Shown here piece after piece: positions 1-10,661 of a stretch of 32,000 nt of DNA. Position 1 is the first letter of the stretch. Each line of letters begins with the position of its first letter. Position numbers and translations under genes: made by a program. The notes beneath the pieces are model-generated. The model did not search any database. It had not been told where the DNA came from and saw only the letters and a program-made list of their open reading frames with translations. The stretch spans positions 849,326 to 881,325 of the forward strand of contig NZ_CP084098.1 of NCBI RefSeq assembly GCF_036345015.1, in the 5' to 3' direction. This DNA is from Cyanobacterium sp. DS4. GTDB lineage: Bacteria; Cyanobacteriota; Cyanobacteriia; Cyanobacteriales; Cyanobacteriaceae.

Positions 1-239
1 TGGTCTCACCCCTTTTCTATATCTCTTTATCTCGATTCTATCTATTCTGTAACAATTAAAACTACGGGGTAAATACTCAAAAAAAATAAATAGTATTGAT
101 CGTGGAAATATGTAGTTAATTCTCTGTATATTTTCTTAGTTGGAGAAAAGATTTTCTACTGGTATTAAGATTGACCAAGATTATGTCAAAATGACCCTAA
201 TCTAATTTTAAGGAAACAGTTACAGGTAATTAAACAACT

Positions 240-1658
240 ATGAAAATTTTATTTGTGGCGGCGGAAGTCGCTCCTATTGCTAAGGTTGGGGGTATGGGTG
301 ATGTAGTGGGTTCGTTACCCAAAATTTTGAGAAAACAAGGTCATGATGTGCGTATTTTTATTCCTTACTATGGTTTTTTACCTGATAAATTAGATATTCC
401 TGCTGAACCAATTTGGTGGGGAGAGGCGATGGGGCAGGAATTTACTGTCTATGAAACTTTATTACCTGAAACGGATATTCCTTTATATCTTTTTGGTCAT
501 CAAACCTTTGCCCGTCGTAATATTTATGGTGATCATGATGAGTATTGGCGTTTTACTTTTTTTGCTAATGGTGGGGCGGAGTTTGCTTGGAATTATTGGA
601 AACCTGATATTGTTCATTGTCATGATTGGCATACGGGAATGATTCCTGTGTGGATGCACGAAACTCCAGATATTAGCACTGTTTTTACGATACATAATTT
701 GGCTTATCGAGGTCCGGGTAGAGATTTATTACAGCAGATTACGTGGTGTCCTGAATATATGCGAGGGGAAAATGCGATCGCAGCCGCTTTACATTTTGCA
801 AATGTGGTTAATACGGTTTCTCCTACCTATGCTTGTCAAATTCAAACTCCTGAGTATGGAGAAGGTTTACACGAATTATTGTCATGGATTAATGATAAAT
901 TAATTGGTATTGTTAATGGAATTGACATCGACAATTATAATCCCGCTACAGATAGATTTATTGCTCAAAACTTTACCATCAAAACTTTAGATCAACGTTT
1001 CCGTAACAAAGTTAAGTTACAAGAAGAATCGGGATTAGAAATTAATCGCAGTACTTTTCTTGTGGGTATGGTGAGCCGTTTAGTAGAACAAAAAGGTATT
1101 GATTTAGTCTTACAGATTATAGATCGCTTCCTTGGTTATACTGATGCTCAAATGGTAATACTTGGAACAGGCGATCGCAACTATGAATCCAAATTATGGG
1201 ATATATCTAACCGCCATCGAGGACGGATTTCCGTGCAGATAGTTCATAACGAAGCCTTATCAAGACGCTTATACAGTGGTGTTGATGCTTTTTTGATGCC
1301 TTCTCGGTTTGAACCCTGTGGCTTAAGTCAACTGTTAGCTATGCGTTACGGTGCAATTCCTATCGTGCGAAAAACAGGAGGTTTATTAGATACGGTATCT
1401 TTTTTTGATCCCCATAATGAGCAGGGTACAGGTTATTGTTTTGATCAATATGATGCCCTAGATTTATATACTGCCCTAATTCGTGCTTATGAAGGTTATC
1501 GCTTTAAAAAAGATTGGCGAAAACTGCAAGTAAGAGCTATGAAACAAGATTTTAGTTGGGATAAATCGGCTCAAAAATATGTGGAAATATACAAACAAAT
1601 TATGCCTGTGGTGAATATCTCTGAGGGCAAAAAACAGGGAATTGCGATTGCTTCATAG
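240..1658 (+). CDS. glgA: glycogen synthase (ADP-glucose type, GT5), GlgA1-like
   Basis: 472-aa ATG-initiated ORF. It has the N-terminal 'KVGGMGDVVGSLP' nucleotide-sugar loop, 'HCHDWHTGMIPV' and the C-terminal 'PSRFEPCGLSQLLAMRYG' GT-B motif. It is collinear over its full length with cyanobacterial GlgA as I recall it. Confidence 0.93.
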   Translation: MKILFVAAEVAPIAKVGGMGDVVGSLPKILRKQGHDVRIFIPYYGFLPDKLDIPAEPIWWGEAMGQEFTVYETLLPETDIPLYLFGHQTFARRNIYGDHDEYWRFTFFANGGAEFAWNYWKPDIVHCHDWHTGMIPVWMHETPDISTVFTIHNLAYRGPGRDLLQQITWCPEYMRGENAIAAALHFANVVNTVSPTYACQIQTPEYGEGLHELLSWINDKLIGIVNGIDIDNYNPATDRFIAQNFTIKTLDQRFRNKVKLQEESGLEINRSTFLVGMVSRLVEQKGIDLVLQIIDRFLGYTDAQMVILGTGDRNYESKLWDISNRHRGRISVQIVHNEALSRRLYSGVDAFLMPSRFEPCGLSQLLAMRYGAIPIVRKTGGLLDTVSFFDPHNEQGTGYCFDQYDALDLYTALIRAYEGYRFKKDWRKLQVRAMKQDFSWDKSAQKYVEIYKQIMPVVNISEGKKQGIAIAS

Positions 1659-1700
1659 CTAACTGTGGTTCAATTTCAAATTTTGGGTGGTGTAAAGGTG

Positions 1701-1818
1701 TCAGGTTTCAGGTTGTTGGGGGATTGGGGAGAAACGAGTTGGGAGTTAGGGGTTAAGAGTTAGAAGTTATTAATTATCAACTATTTTTTACCTTTGCCCC
1801 TTGCCCTTTTCCCTTTTC
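1701..1818. repeat. heptanucleotide-periodic intergenic array (locus A)
   Basis: Ten in-phase 7-mers at 1701-1770: tcaggtt tcaggtt gttgggg gattggg gagaaac gagttgg gagttag gggttaa gagttag aagttat. A 20-nt AT core follows at 1766-1785. Four C-rich 7-mers lie at 1791-1818: cctttgc cccttgc ccttttc ccttttc. The array fills the convergent glgA/nadB spacer. Confidence 0.8.
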
Positions 1819-1821
1819 TTA

Positions 1822-3540
1822 TTAATTGATTTCTCCTAAAAACCATTTATTGTCTTTGACAAGAGTATGATGTTGCCAACTATCATCAGTGTTAGGAAAA
1901 TCAAGGCGATAATGGCCTCCTCTGCTTTCGATGCGAAATTTGGCACTTTTTAAGATTAAATAGCCAATATCAAGTAAATTCAAAGTTTCTGCTCCTAGTT
2001 TTAACTGATTTTCACTCTCAACGGATGTGAGTTGATAATGATTGTTAGGAGATATATTTCTAATTAATTGGCAGATGGAGCTATTTTCTAATTCTTCTTT
2101 CCATGTTATCAAAGATGCGATCGCATCTTCTAAACCTTTTTGAGTACGACAAATCCCTGCCCCTTCCCACATAAGGGTTGGTAATTGATTTCTAATGGAT
2201 TGAATCAAAGGAATTTCTGCACTCCAATCATGATCAAATGTCTTAGTATCAAAAGAAATATCAGGAGTAGGGGCTAAATCATCAACAGATAAATTTCTGA
2301 AACTTTCCCCAAACACCACACACTCTAATAAAGAGTTACTAGCTAAACGATTTGCTCCGTGAACTCCTGTACTAGCAGTTTCCCCAATGGCGTATAAACC
2401 TTGAATCGAGCTTTGATTATTAACATCCACTGCCACTCCCCCCATCCAATAATGAGCCGCAGGAGAAACAGGTATTGGTTGATTAAACAAATCAATACCC
2501 CACTGTTGACACTTATTAATAATATTCGGGAAACGATATTCGATGCGCTTTTTGTCTATGGGGCGTAAATCCAAATATACCTTACCATGAGCAGGATTAG
2601 GGCAGGTTTTCTGTAAATGGGAATAAATCGCTCTACTAACCACATCTCTAGGGGCTAATTCTCCTTTTGGATGATAATCAAAAGCGAAGCGTCTTCCCGT
2701 CTCATCAATTAAATGTGCTCCTTCCCCTCTCACTGCTTCACTAATTAAAAAGCGAGGTGCATTGACAACGTTTAAGGCAGTAGGATGAAATTGGAAAAAT
2801 TCCAAATCCCTCAATAATGCCCCCCCACGCCACGCTAAAGCCACTCCATCTCCTGTGCTAACGGTGGGGTTAGTGGTATGTGCAAACACTTGTCCTCCGC
2901 CCCCAGTAGCTAAAATGACTCCTTTTGCCAGTAGCCATTGAATTTTATTTTGGTGTAACAAACATAATCCCTGACATTTATTTTCTTGGTGATTAATCCA
3001 CAAACTTAGGGCGTATGCTTGTTCATAAACCTGAATATTTTTACTTTCTAGTACCTTTTGTCTTAGAATAGATGCGATCGCTTTTCCTGTGGTATCTGCC
3101 GAATGAAGCACCCTCGGAAAAGAGTGGGCGGCTTCTAATGTCATCGCTAAACCCCCATTAGTGCGATCAAATTCCACCCCCATGGCAATTAGAGATTGAA
3201 TAGATGTAGTCGCATTTTCCACTAAATATTGAACCGCAGTTTCATCACACAAACCAGCACCAGCTTTAAGAGTATCTTGTAAATGCAACAAAGGAGAATC
3301 ATCTGAATCAATAGCCGCCGCAATACCTCCCTGAGCCCAATTACTTGCACCTTTTTTGAGCTTATCCTTAGTAATTAAAGCGATATGAAAATGAGAAGGT
3401 AAACATAAAGCGGCATATAAACCAGCCGCACCAGAACCAACAATAATAATATCAAATGGGGGAAAACAGGAGTTATTAGCGTTCAAGGTCAGGATTTTTT
3501 GCAGACTATATAAATATTGTTGCTCATTGTACCTAATCAA
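1822..3540 (-). CDS. nadB: L-aspartate oxidase (NAD biosynthesis flavoprotein)
   Basis: 572-aa ORF with FAD dinucleotide fold 'IIIVGSGAAGLYAAL', 'GANRLASNSLLECVVFG' and 'ESRGGHYR', typical of the NadB/succinate dehydrogenase flavoprotein family. There is no ATG upstream of the GxGxxG motif. The start is TTG at 3540 or TTG at 3486, so the 5' end is uncertain. Confidence 0.9.
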   Translation of the reverse strand: MIRYNEQQYLYSLQKILTLNANNSCFPPFDIIIVGSGAAGLYAALCLPSHFHIALITKDKLKKGASNWAQGGIAAAIDSDDSPLLHLQDTLKAGAGLCDETAVQYLVENATTSIQSLIAMGVEFDRTNGGLAMTLEAAHSFPRVLHSADTTGKAIASILRQKVLESKNIQVYEQAYALSLWINHQENKCQGLCLLHQNKIQWLLAKGVILATGGGGQVFAHTTNPTVSTGDGVALAWRGGALLRDLEFFQFHPTALNVVNAPRFLISEAVRGEGAHLIDETGRRFAFDYHPKGELAPRDVVSRAIYSHLQKTCPNPAHGKVYLDLRPIDKKRIEYRFPNIINKCQQWGIDLFNQPIPVSPAAHYWMGGVAVDVNNQSSIQGLYAIGETASTGVHGANRLASNSLLECVVFGESFRNLSVDDLAPTPDISFDTKTFDHDWSAEIPLIQSIRNQLPTLMWEGAGICRTQKGLEDAIASLITWKEELENSSICQLIRNISPNNHYQLTSVESENQLKLGAETLNLLDIGYLILKSAKFRIESRGGHYRLDFPNTDDSWQHHTLVKDNKWFLGEIN

Positions 3541-3586
3541 TGGTCAGTTTGCCATGATTTTATTACCAAGTTGATTTGTTAGATCA

Positions 3587-3973
3587 TCATCTGTTGACGT
3601 ACGCATCAGCCTCAATTTCGACGAGCAGTTCAGGAGAGATTAGCTTACTTACTTCTACCATACTAGAAGCTGGACGAATCTCGCCAAAAAACTTTCCATG
3701 TGCTAAACCCACCTCTTCCCATCGAGAAATATCTGTGACATATATGCGAGTACGAACGACATGAGTTAGCTTGGCTCCAGCTTCCTCCAGAGCCGCTTCG
3801 ATGTTCTTTAGTGCCTGAATCGTTTGTTCGTATGGATTATCAATACCAGTAATCCCTTCTGGTGTTGTTGCTGTCGTTCCTGATACATGAACATATGGAC
3901 CAATTTTTACAGCTCGGGAGTAACCAACTAAGGATTCCCAAGGTGTTCCCGATGAGATGTTATAGCGTGTCAT
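3587..3973 (-). CDS. RidA/YjgF/UK114-family protein (enamine/imine deaminase-like)
   Basis: 128-aa ATG ORF with the size and motifs of the YjgF family ('[11 protein letters not shown]', C-terminal 'LVEIEADA'). It is noticeably more GC-rich (about 48% by hand count of two lines) than its neighbours. Confidence 0.85.
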   Translation of the reverse strand: MTRYNISSGTPWESLVGYSRAVKIGPYVHVSGTTATTPEGITGIDNPYEQTIQALKNIEAALEEAGAKLTHVVRTRIYVTDISRWEEVGLAHGKFFGEIRPASSMVEVSKLISPELLVEIEADAYVNR

Positions 3974-4065
3974 TTTTTGTCCTCCATAATAATTTTAATA
4001 TTGAAAACTCATTTAGCCAAGTCGAATTGCAAAATAATTAATTTATTATTTACAATTACCAGCAC

Positions 4066-4749
4066 TTAGCCCGGCATAACTCTTAACATTTTATTTGCAC
4101 CTCTCTGAAACTCATAGGAAACAGAACTAATTTCAGCTTGAAACCCACCCTCATTAAGTCTCGCCATGATTTCCCTTACATAAGGTGAAGGTTTACCATC
4201 TAAACATAGTAAAGGAAATACACGAACTTCGCGGGAAATCCGTAACATTTCCAAAAGTGCCTGAACATGGAATTCTTCGGAAAAATGAGAGCTATAAAGA
4301 AATAAAAAATGCGATGATAAGGCAATATCGAAGGAATTGTTGTCAAAAGGTAGATAGGGCAATTCGCCCTCAATATATCTAGCTTCGGCTTTACCAGTCT
4401 CGTAGTCAGCTATAAAGGTTTCCATTGCTGACATACGGATGCTACTGAGCTCATCTAGTGAGGTGATAGAAGTCCATCTATATGCACTCTTATTATTCCG
4501 CATTTGCTCCATGATTTTATCATATGTATCGTTTATTCTCTGGCGGATTTGATTGACGGAAAAGTGATAAATCGGATCGATGGAGATAACTTTTCCTCCA
4601 CGTTGTGTTAGTTCTGCATTGAATCCTGCTGGCCCATCACCACAACCCAAAATACGACATTTTAAATCTTGGTCACTCAGATTAAACATGGCGACGTATT
4701 CCTCAAAAGATCGTCCCCACGGTACAACCTTATCCAGATAAAACCCCAT
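4066..4749 (-). CDS. class I SAM-dependent methyltransferase, substrate unknown
   Basis: 227-aa ORF. Motif I-like 'ILGCGDGPAGFNAE' is followed by an acidic loop 'ISIDP' and motif 'FDIALSSHFLF'. No substrate-specific signature recognised. Confidence 0.7.
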   Translation of the reverse strand: MGFYLDKVVPWGRSFEEYVAMFNLSDQDLKCRILGCGDGPAGFNAELTQRGGKVISIDPIYHFSVNQIRQRINDTYDKIMEQMRNNKSAYRWTSITSLDELSSIRMSAMETFIADYETGKAEARYIEGELPYLPFDNNSFDIALSSHFLFLYSSHFSEEFHVQALLEMLRISREVRVFPLLCLDGKPSPYVREIMARLNEGGFQAEISSVSYEFQRGANKMLRVMPG

Positions 4750-4899
4750 ACACTTAATGCTCCTTTCTAAGTTATCAATATTTTGTGATTCACTACCTAA
4801 ATTGTTTTTTTGTTTTTGGTGAATTTTTATTCACCACTTTATCACGGTAATTTTGGCAATATTTCCTGTCAATATTTTTATAGCTTTCTTAATAATTTT

Positions 4900-6540
4900 T
4901 TATTTTTTAATACTTTTTTCATCGAACTCAGGTTCTGTCTTAATTTCGTCACGAAGTTTAATTTCCCACAACCATAAATCTCTATCGGAGAAACACTCTT
5001 TAAAAACTATATTTTCGTTAGATTTTAACTCCAATTTCAAACTATCAGGCATATTTAAAAAATAAACTTTGTTAAAATCAGCAGGATATTGAAAATTTTG
5101 TAACTCTTTTTGATGGGAAAATAGTTGTAAATTGACATTTTCATTCAGTAAATAGCTAAGAGCGAAAAATGTACCAAAATGATAACCAAAGTCATTCCCG
5201 ATAATTAAAGAAGGAGTATTATTATTAACAATATTAGCTACAGTGGTTAAATTATAGTTAATATCTTTTGTCCATGCTGTAGTTGCATACATATTTTTAA
5301 CATTGGCAGATAATCCTAATATCAATAGGAATACTAATAGTATTTTGGCAATTTTATATTTATAATTAATCCCTAAAAAATAAGAAATAGTTAATAATAA
5401 ACCTAACTGACTAGGTACTAAATAACGAGATATAGTTCCCCGAATTCCTCCTAGTAACAAATCGGGAATAATCAGCATTAGTATAGGAGTTAAACTAAAA
5501 CAAAGGAGAAATATTTTAATATTTTTTTCTGAATTTAAGACAACATAAATAATTGAGTTAATAAGTAAAATAATGATTACAATAACTATATAAATATTTA
5601 GATGATAATTAAGGCTTGTTACTTCATTTAGTAATAAAAATAAGCGACCCACATTAATAAATAAGTATTGAAAATAAATATTCAGGGGAAGTTGGGTTTC
5701 AGAAATCCAAGTCGTAGCTAATTTATAAGTTTGAAAATTATTAAGAAAACCTATTAACCAAGGTAAAAAAGCGAAAAAACAGAGGCTTAGAGAAAGAAGA
5801 TACCAAAATACATTTCTCCTATTCCATTGATTTAAAATAACTAAATAAATCCATTGAGAAAAAATAACTATAAACATTAAAGCTGATGTATAAATACCTG
5901 CGATTATGGATAATGTATAAATACCCCAATATAAATAAGCTAATTTAACAGATGTTGTTTTTAATGCTTTTAATAAATATAAATAAGAAATAAGAATAAA
6001 TAATGTCCACAAACTATATTCTCTTGCTTCTTGAGAAAATAAAATAAAGAAAGGAGAATTGGCAATGAGTAGAGTAAAAATTAAATTAATTTTTTTGTTA
6101 TTAAATATTTGCTGACTTAAAAGATAAGCAATTGGTAAAATTAAAACTCCACTAATGACAGATAAAACTCTGGCAGAAATAATATTATCACCCCAAATAT
6201 ATAACCAAAATCTAGCTAATAAATAATATAAAGGTGGATGATGAGGATCATCTATTAATAATCCGTTTATAGTGTTAATAAAAGTGCTATTTTGAAGATT
6301 ATTCTCCAGTGTTAAAGATGAAAGTAAATCTTGAGGGTGAATAATGTTGCCATTAAAAAAATGTGCTTTTAATTCTTGAGAATAGTAGCCAACAATATGT
6401 AATTGACTATGAATTTCATCATGCCAAACTATTTTTGATGTTAAATTGGTTAAACGAAACAATAAAGCAAATAAAATAATTAAAATAATAGCTAAAGTAA
6501 TCCGCTTGGAAAATAAGTTTATGAAGATTTTTTTTAACAC
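4900..6540 (-). CDS. ArnT/PMT-like (GT39/GT83, GT-C fold) membrane glycosyltransferase
   Basis: 546-aa GTG-initiated ORF that is extremely hydrophobic, with many predicted TM helices. The first loop has 'VWHDEIHS' (the GT-C DE motif) and 'DDPHHPPLYYLLARFW' (the HPPL motif of ArnT-like enzymes). Very low GC. Confidence 0.7.
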   Translation of the reverse strand: MLKKIFINLFSKRITLAIILIILFALLFRLTNLTSKIVWHDEIHSQLHIVGYYSQELKAHFFNGNIIHPQDLLSSLTLENNLQNSTFINTINGLLIDDPHHPPLYYLLARFWLYIWGDNIISARVLSVISGVLILPIAYLLSQQIFNNKKINLIFTLLIANSPFFILFSQEAREYSLWTLFILISYLYLLKALKTTSVKLAYLYWGIYTLSIIAGIYTSALMFIVIFSQWIYLVILNQWNRRNVFWYLLSLSLCFFAFLPWLIGFLNNFQTYKLATTWISETQLPLNIYFQYLFINVGRLFLLLNEVTSLNYHLNIYIVIVIIILLINSIIYVVLNSEKNIKIFLLCFSLTPILMLIIPDLLLGGIRGTISRYLVPSQLGLLLTISYFLGINYKYKIAKILLVFLLILGLSANVKNMYATTAWTKDINYNLTTVANIVNNNTPSLIIGNDFGYHFGTFFALSYLLNENVNLQLFSHQKELQNFQYPADFNKVYFLNMPDSLKLELKSNENIVFKECFSDRDLWLWEIKLRDEIKTEPEFDEKSIKK

Positions 6541-6809
6541 TATTTTCTCTTAATATGTGTTTGGTCTATAAAAATAGACACATTTTTTTATTTTTTGTTT
6601 CAACTTTCATTCAAGATTAATTTTCGCCAACATTAAGACAAAGTAAATTTTGAGTTCTGAGTTAAACTTAAACTAATAAGTTGTTTTATTACTAATTAAT
6701 GCAATTCTTATAAATTAACAATTTTAATCCAACCCAAAACCTGATACCTGATACCTTTTTTTAGGGATAATTAATTATATTCAAAGTAAGAGAATCCACA
6801 ATATTAGTC

Positions 6810-7028
6810 TTAGGAAATAACTTCTAGTTGATCTAAACGAAACCATGTGCTAGGAGTAGGGGTGTAAAATCTCACTAAAGCATATTCATCGTTTAAATCT
6901 AAAATTTCTCCCTTACTTTCAAAAATATACGCAGGAAAACGAATATCACTAGCTTTTGCTTCTAAGCTACCTTCTAGTTTTTCTTTAATGACTTTGACGA
7001 AAGTACCTTTTTTGATTTTGGTTGCCAT
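6810..7028 (-). CDS. ndhO: NAD(P)H-quinone oxidoreductase (NDH-1) subunit O
   Basis: 72-aa ORF 'MATKIKKGTFVKVIKEKLEGSLEAKASDIRFPAYIFESKGEILDLNDEYALVRF...LDQLE'. It matches the cyanobacterial NdhO pattern I recall almost residue for residue. Confidence 0.85.
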   Translation of the reverse strand: MATKIKKGTFVKVIKEKLEGSLEAKASDIRFPAYIFESKGEILDLNDEYALVRFYTPTPSTWFRLDQLEVIS

Positions 7029-7199
7029 ATTGGTAATTACTAAATTGATAACAATAATTAGTTTGTAAATAGAATATACTCAACAAGGTTATAGTTTGAG
7101 TTTTTTAACCCTTTTTCTTTTTTCTTTACTATTAGGTTTTATTTTCCTTACCGAGTATAAATAATTACCTCATCATTCTGCCATTTTTCTTGCTCAACT

Positions 7200-8531
7200 T
7201 CAAAAATCAATATATTTTGGCAGGGAATTTTTTTCTATTTTACCATTCCTAATTAAGATGCGTGCTGCGTAGCAGATCCCTTCGGGATCGCACTGTGCCA
7301 TTTCGTGACCAAATCCTTGGCTGAATCTTGTCCTTGATAATAACTCACTAAAATAACGGGCAGGAAAAATAATTAAATCTGCAGGGCTTTGTAGGGCTAT
7401 TTTCCCTAAATGAGGTAAATTCATTAAATTTGCAGGAATTTCTAAAACAGAGGCAATCCAGTCTTCGTAAGGGGTGTCTAAATGAGCAATTCGCACTGAC
7501 TCTCTGAACACTTCCAATAAATCATGATCTCCAAAGGCGAAAAAAGGATCTCGACAATTATCACTGGCAAAAGCAACTCTAACCCCCGCTTGTTTTAATT
7601 CCTTAACTCTGGTTACACCACGCCAAAAAGGTGTTTTTCCCGCTTCTCTGTCTTGTAAATATAAATTACACATAGGAAGACTCACAATGGCAATATTTGC
7701 CTCTTTAACTAATTTAATAATCTCATTAGCTTTTTCGGGACTTTGAACCGCTAAACTACAACAATGACCACAAAGAATATCTTGGTCAAAATTAGTTTTT
7801 AAGGCGGTTTCGGCAATTTTTTGCAAACATATTGACTCTACCTCTCCATTCTCATCAGCGTGAAAGTCTAAGGCTAGATTTCTCTCTTTTGCTAACTCAA
7901 ATACTCTTTCTATCTGGGCGTCAATATCTGGATTCATGTAGGCAACCCCTCCCAATACGCCTCCTATTTCTGCAATTTTATCGGCTAATTTTTCTCCTTC
8001 AGGGGTAAGAAAATAATCTAAACTCACTAAAGATACGGCTTGTAAGCTGATTTTTTCCCGCCATTCTTGTCGTAATTGTTGCCATACTCTAATACTAATA
8101 TTCGCCTGATTGTCGTGACAGTCTAAATGAGTGCGAAGTGCGATCGTACCTTGACTATAACTACATTGTAAACCAAAATTCATTCGCCGATACAAATCTT
8201 CTTCATTCCATCGTTGACTGTCTTCTCTCACAGTTTCTAAAGCGGTTTGGAAATCTCCTTGTAAATTAGGGCTTCGCTCCCAAATATGCCCTTTATCAAG
8301 GTGAGTGTGAATATCCACAAAACAGGGTAAAACAATTCCTTTTTTTAAATCAATGCCAATGGTATTCTCACAAGCAGGAATAATTTGAGTTATCTTACCC
8401 TGACTAATTTCTACATCACATAAACATAAATTTTCTCTTGTAGTATTAGAAAATAAATGTAAATTATCTTTAATTAAACATAGGGGAATATGAGCATTTT
8501 TCAGCCAATATCGAGGATGACTCACCAACAT
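7200..8531 (-). CDS. metal-dependent amidohydrolase, cytosine deaminase-like
   Basis: 443-aa ORF with the 'FVDIHTHLDKGH' HxH metal motif, 'LDFHADE' and 'FASDNCRDPF', typical of the CodA-like subgroup. The actual substrate cannot be determined from sequence. Confidence 0.75.
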   Translation of the reverse strand: MLVSHPRYWLKNAHIPLCLIKDNLHLFSNTTRENLCLCDVEISQGKITQIIPACENTIGIDLKKGIVLPCFVDIHTHLDKGHIWERSPNLQGDFQTALETVREDSQRWNEEDLYRRMNFGLQCSYSQGTIALRTHLDCHDNQANISIRVWQQLRQEWREKISLQAVSLVSLDYFLTPEGEKLADKIAEIGGVLGGVAYMNPDIDAQIERVFELAKERNLALDFHADENGEVESICLQKIAETALKTNFDQDILCGHCCSLAVQSPEKANEIIKLVKEANIAIVSLPMCNLYLQDREAGKTPFWRGVTRVKELKQAGVRVAFASDNCRDPFFAFGDHDLLEVFRESVRIAHLDTPYEDWIASVLEIPANLMNLPHLGKIALQSPADLIIFPARYFSELLSRTRFSQGFGHEMAQCDPEGICYAARILIRNGKIEKNSLPKYIDF

Positions 8532-8582
8532 AATAAATTTATCACTATTAGTATTAAAGACTATTATCTCCTGAGAACGTAA

Positions 8583-8897
8583 TTATTCCCAGTCAAAAAG
8601 AGGATCATTTTCTTCTTGTAAATCTCTGCTAAACTCTGTTCTTTGACTATTACTTCTATTAAGATTTTTTCTTTTATTGTTAGTGTTTTTATTTGTAAAA
8701 AGAACGGGTAATAATGACCCTAAAATAAATCCTGTCGCTACTATTATCGATAATAATACCCCAATAGGAATAGAAATTGATTCAAACATGAAAAACTTAA
8801 GGCTTACTTTATCTATATTTTGAATAGAAAACACTGCTATTAAAATAAGCCAAAAACTAATGATTAAATTAATAAATAACTTTTTTGTTATTCCCAT
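8583..8897 (-). CDS. LapA-domain (DUF1049) small membrane protein
   Basis: 104-aa ORF with two TM helices separated by 'IQNIDKVSLKFFMFE', followed by a basic/acidic tail. Confidence 0.6.
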   Translation of the reverse strand: MGITKKLFINLIISFWLILIAVFSIQNIDKVSLKFFMFESISIPIGVLLSIIVATGFILGSLLPVLFTNKNTNNKRKNLNRSNSQRTEFSRDLQEENDPLFDWE

Positions 8898-8983
8898 CTT
8901 TTTTAATTTTTCAATAACTGATTAAGCTAGGACACATTAAACTTACCTTTTTTATTAATTTTTAAAATGATTCAGATGCTTAT

Positions 8984-9054
8984 CTGTTGCCCGTTGCCCA
9001 CTGCCTACCGCCCGTGATAATTTAGATGCGTCCTAGTTTACTGATAGCTGATAG
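8984..9054. repeat. heptanucleotide-periodic intergenic array (locus B)
   Basis: In-phase 7-mers ctgttgc ccgttgc ccactgc ctaccgc at 8984-9011, which are the reverse complement of the GGGCAAN unit. A 'ctgatag ctgatag' pair lies at 9041-9054. The array is downstream of pgi on the minus strand. Confidence 0.6.
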
Positions 9055-9065
9055 CGATAAAACCT

Positions 9066-10661
9066 TTATTTTATGTATTTTACTTGTAAACTACTAGGAG
9101 AGATGCGATCGCCTTCTAGGTGAATACCTCTGTTATTAGCAGAAAGATGACGTAAAATTTTATAAATAGCTTCTATATCTTGTAATTTGTCTATTTTATC
9201 GGCTATTTCTTGGATTGTAAAAGATTGATTATTATTTTGAATCAAATCTAATACTTCTTTTTGCAAAGCCAAAATTGATGCGGCGGCTTTTTTCCCTGCT
9301 TCTACTCCGGGTTGATGGTAAGCATTAATATTAACTAAATAAGCATAAATACTTACTGCTCTTTCATAAAGGGCAATTAACGCACCAACAGTATAAGGAG
9401 TAACTTCATTTACCGTAACAGTAATGGAATCTCTACCATTATCATAAAGGGCTTGACGAGTACCTTGTAAGAAACCAGACAGATAGTCACCGCTAGTGAC
9501 GTTTTTCTCTAACTCAATGGATTTAGTTTCTCTATCTTTCAAAACCTCAATAAAAGTAACAAAAAAGTTGCTGATACCTTCCCTTAATTGTTGCACATAG
9601 GCGTGTTGATCTGTAGATCCTTTGTTACCATAAACAGCAATACCCTGATAAACGCTATTACCATCTAAGTCTTTTTCTTTGCCGAGGGATTCCATTACTA
9701 ACTGTTGCAGATAACGGCTAAAGAGCAAAAGGCTATCTTTATAAGGCAACATAACCATATCTTTTTCACCCTTTCCATTTCCTGCATAGTACCATGATAG
9801 TGCTAACAAAGCAGAAGGATTATTTTTAAGATTATTTTCTCTGGTAGCAATATCCATTTCCCTCGCCCCTGCTAACATGGCATCAATATCGATACCTTCT
9901 AAGGCGGCTGGTAATAAACCCACAGCAGACAGTTCAGATGTTCTACCTCCTACCCAATCAAACATGGGAAAGCAATCTAACCAGTCTTCTTCTTGAACGA
10001 TTTGATATAGTTTACTACTATCATCCATCATGGTGATGGCAACTGCTTGACGAGCAAAATTTAATCCTTGTTTCTCATAGGCGTGTTTTGCTTCTAGCAT
10101 TCCGTTGCGGGTTTCTGGAGTACCGCCAGATTTACTAATAACCAATACTAAAGTTGTTCTGAGACGATCTTTAATTTGTGTTAAGGTGCGATCGATTCCC
10201 TCTGGATCTGTGTTATCAATAAAGTGAATCTTTAACTGAGGATTAATATCTGCTAAGGCTTGGGAAACGAATTGAGGACCTAAGGCAGAGCCTCCAATAC
10301 CAATAGAGAGTAAATCAGTAAACTTTTCTCCGAATGGTGTTTTTATCGCCCCTGAATGAACTTTTTGGGTAAAATCTTTAATTTTTACGAGACAATCTTC
10401 TATTTCTCTTTTAATTTCCTGATTAGGTGCAATATCTGTATTTCTTAGCCAATAATGTCCCACCATTCTTTTTTCATCAGGATTTGCGATCGCACCCTGT
10501 TCTAATTTTGCCACAGATTCAAAAGCAACAGCAAATTTAGGAAGCATAGATTCATAAAAACTATCATCAAAACCCATGCGACTAACATCAACATATAAAT
10601 CTAAAGTGGGGTGATAATAAAGCCAATCTTGATAACGTTGCCAAAGTCGTAAATTGTCCAT
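9066..10661 (-). CDS. pgi: glucose-6-phosphate isomerase
   Basis: 531-aa ORF with PGI signatures '[14 protein letters not shown]' and '[17 protein letters not shown]'. The length is typical of cyanobacterial Pgi. Confidence 0.95.
   Translation of the reverse strand: MDNLRLWQRYQDWLYYHPTLDLYVDVSRMGFDDSFYESMLPKFAVAFESVAKLEQGAIANPDEKRMVGHYWLRNTDIAPNQEIKREIEDCLVKIKDFTQKVHSGAIKTPFGEKFTDLLSIGIGGSALGPQFVSQALADINPQLKIHFIDNTDPEGIDRTLTQIKDRLRTTLVLVISKSGGTPETRNGMLEAKHAYEKQGLNFARQAVAITMMDDSSKLYQIVQEEDWLDCFPMFDWVGGRTSELSAVGLLPAALEGIDIDAMLAGAREMDIATRENNLKNNPSALLALSWYYAGNGKGEKDMVMLPYKDSLLLFSRYLQQLVMESLGKEKDLDGNSVYQGIAVYGNKGSTDQHAYVQQLREGISNFFVTFIEVLKDRETKSIELEKNVTSGDYLSGFLQGTRQALYDNGRDSITVTVNEVTPYTVGALIALYERAVSIYAYLVNINAYHQPGVEAGKKAAASILALQKEVLDLIQNNNQSFTIQEIADKIDKLQDIEAIYKILRHLSANNRGIHLEGDRISPSSLQVKYIK

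Noticed and set aside
1-239. Possible RNA gene or terminator fragment at the left edge ('tggtctcaccccttttc') and a TTGACC box upstream of glgA
   Set aside because: The left edge is truncated and uninterpretable. TTGACC (171-176) has no -10 hexamer at 16-19 nt spacing, so no promoter call.
451-695. Track ORFs 451..642(+) and 483..695(-) inside glgA
   Set aside because: They are entirely nested in the strongly supported glgA frame. The products are low-complexity and hydrophobic with no motifs. These are shadow ORFs.
3576-5065. Track ORFs 3576..3764(+), 4185..4382(+) and 4853..5065(+)
   Set aside because: Each is antisense to, and nested in or overlapping, a well-supported minus-strand gene (RidA, methyltransferase, GT39-like). 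None has a recognisable sequence or SD. They are AT-rich shadow frames.
7275-7289. GC-rich hairpin GATCCC-TTC-GGGATC within a locally GC-rich patch near the 3' end of the amidohydrolase gene
   Set aside because: It is in frame (encodes ...QCDPEGICYAA...) and does not disrupt the ORF. It is short enough to be coincidental or a HIP1-related remnant. There is no evidence of an inserted element.
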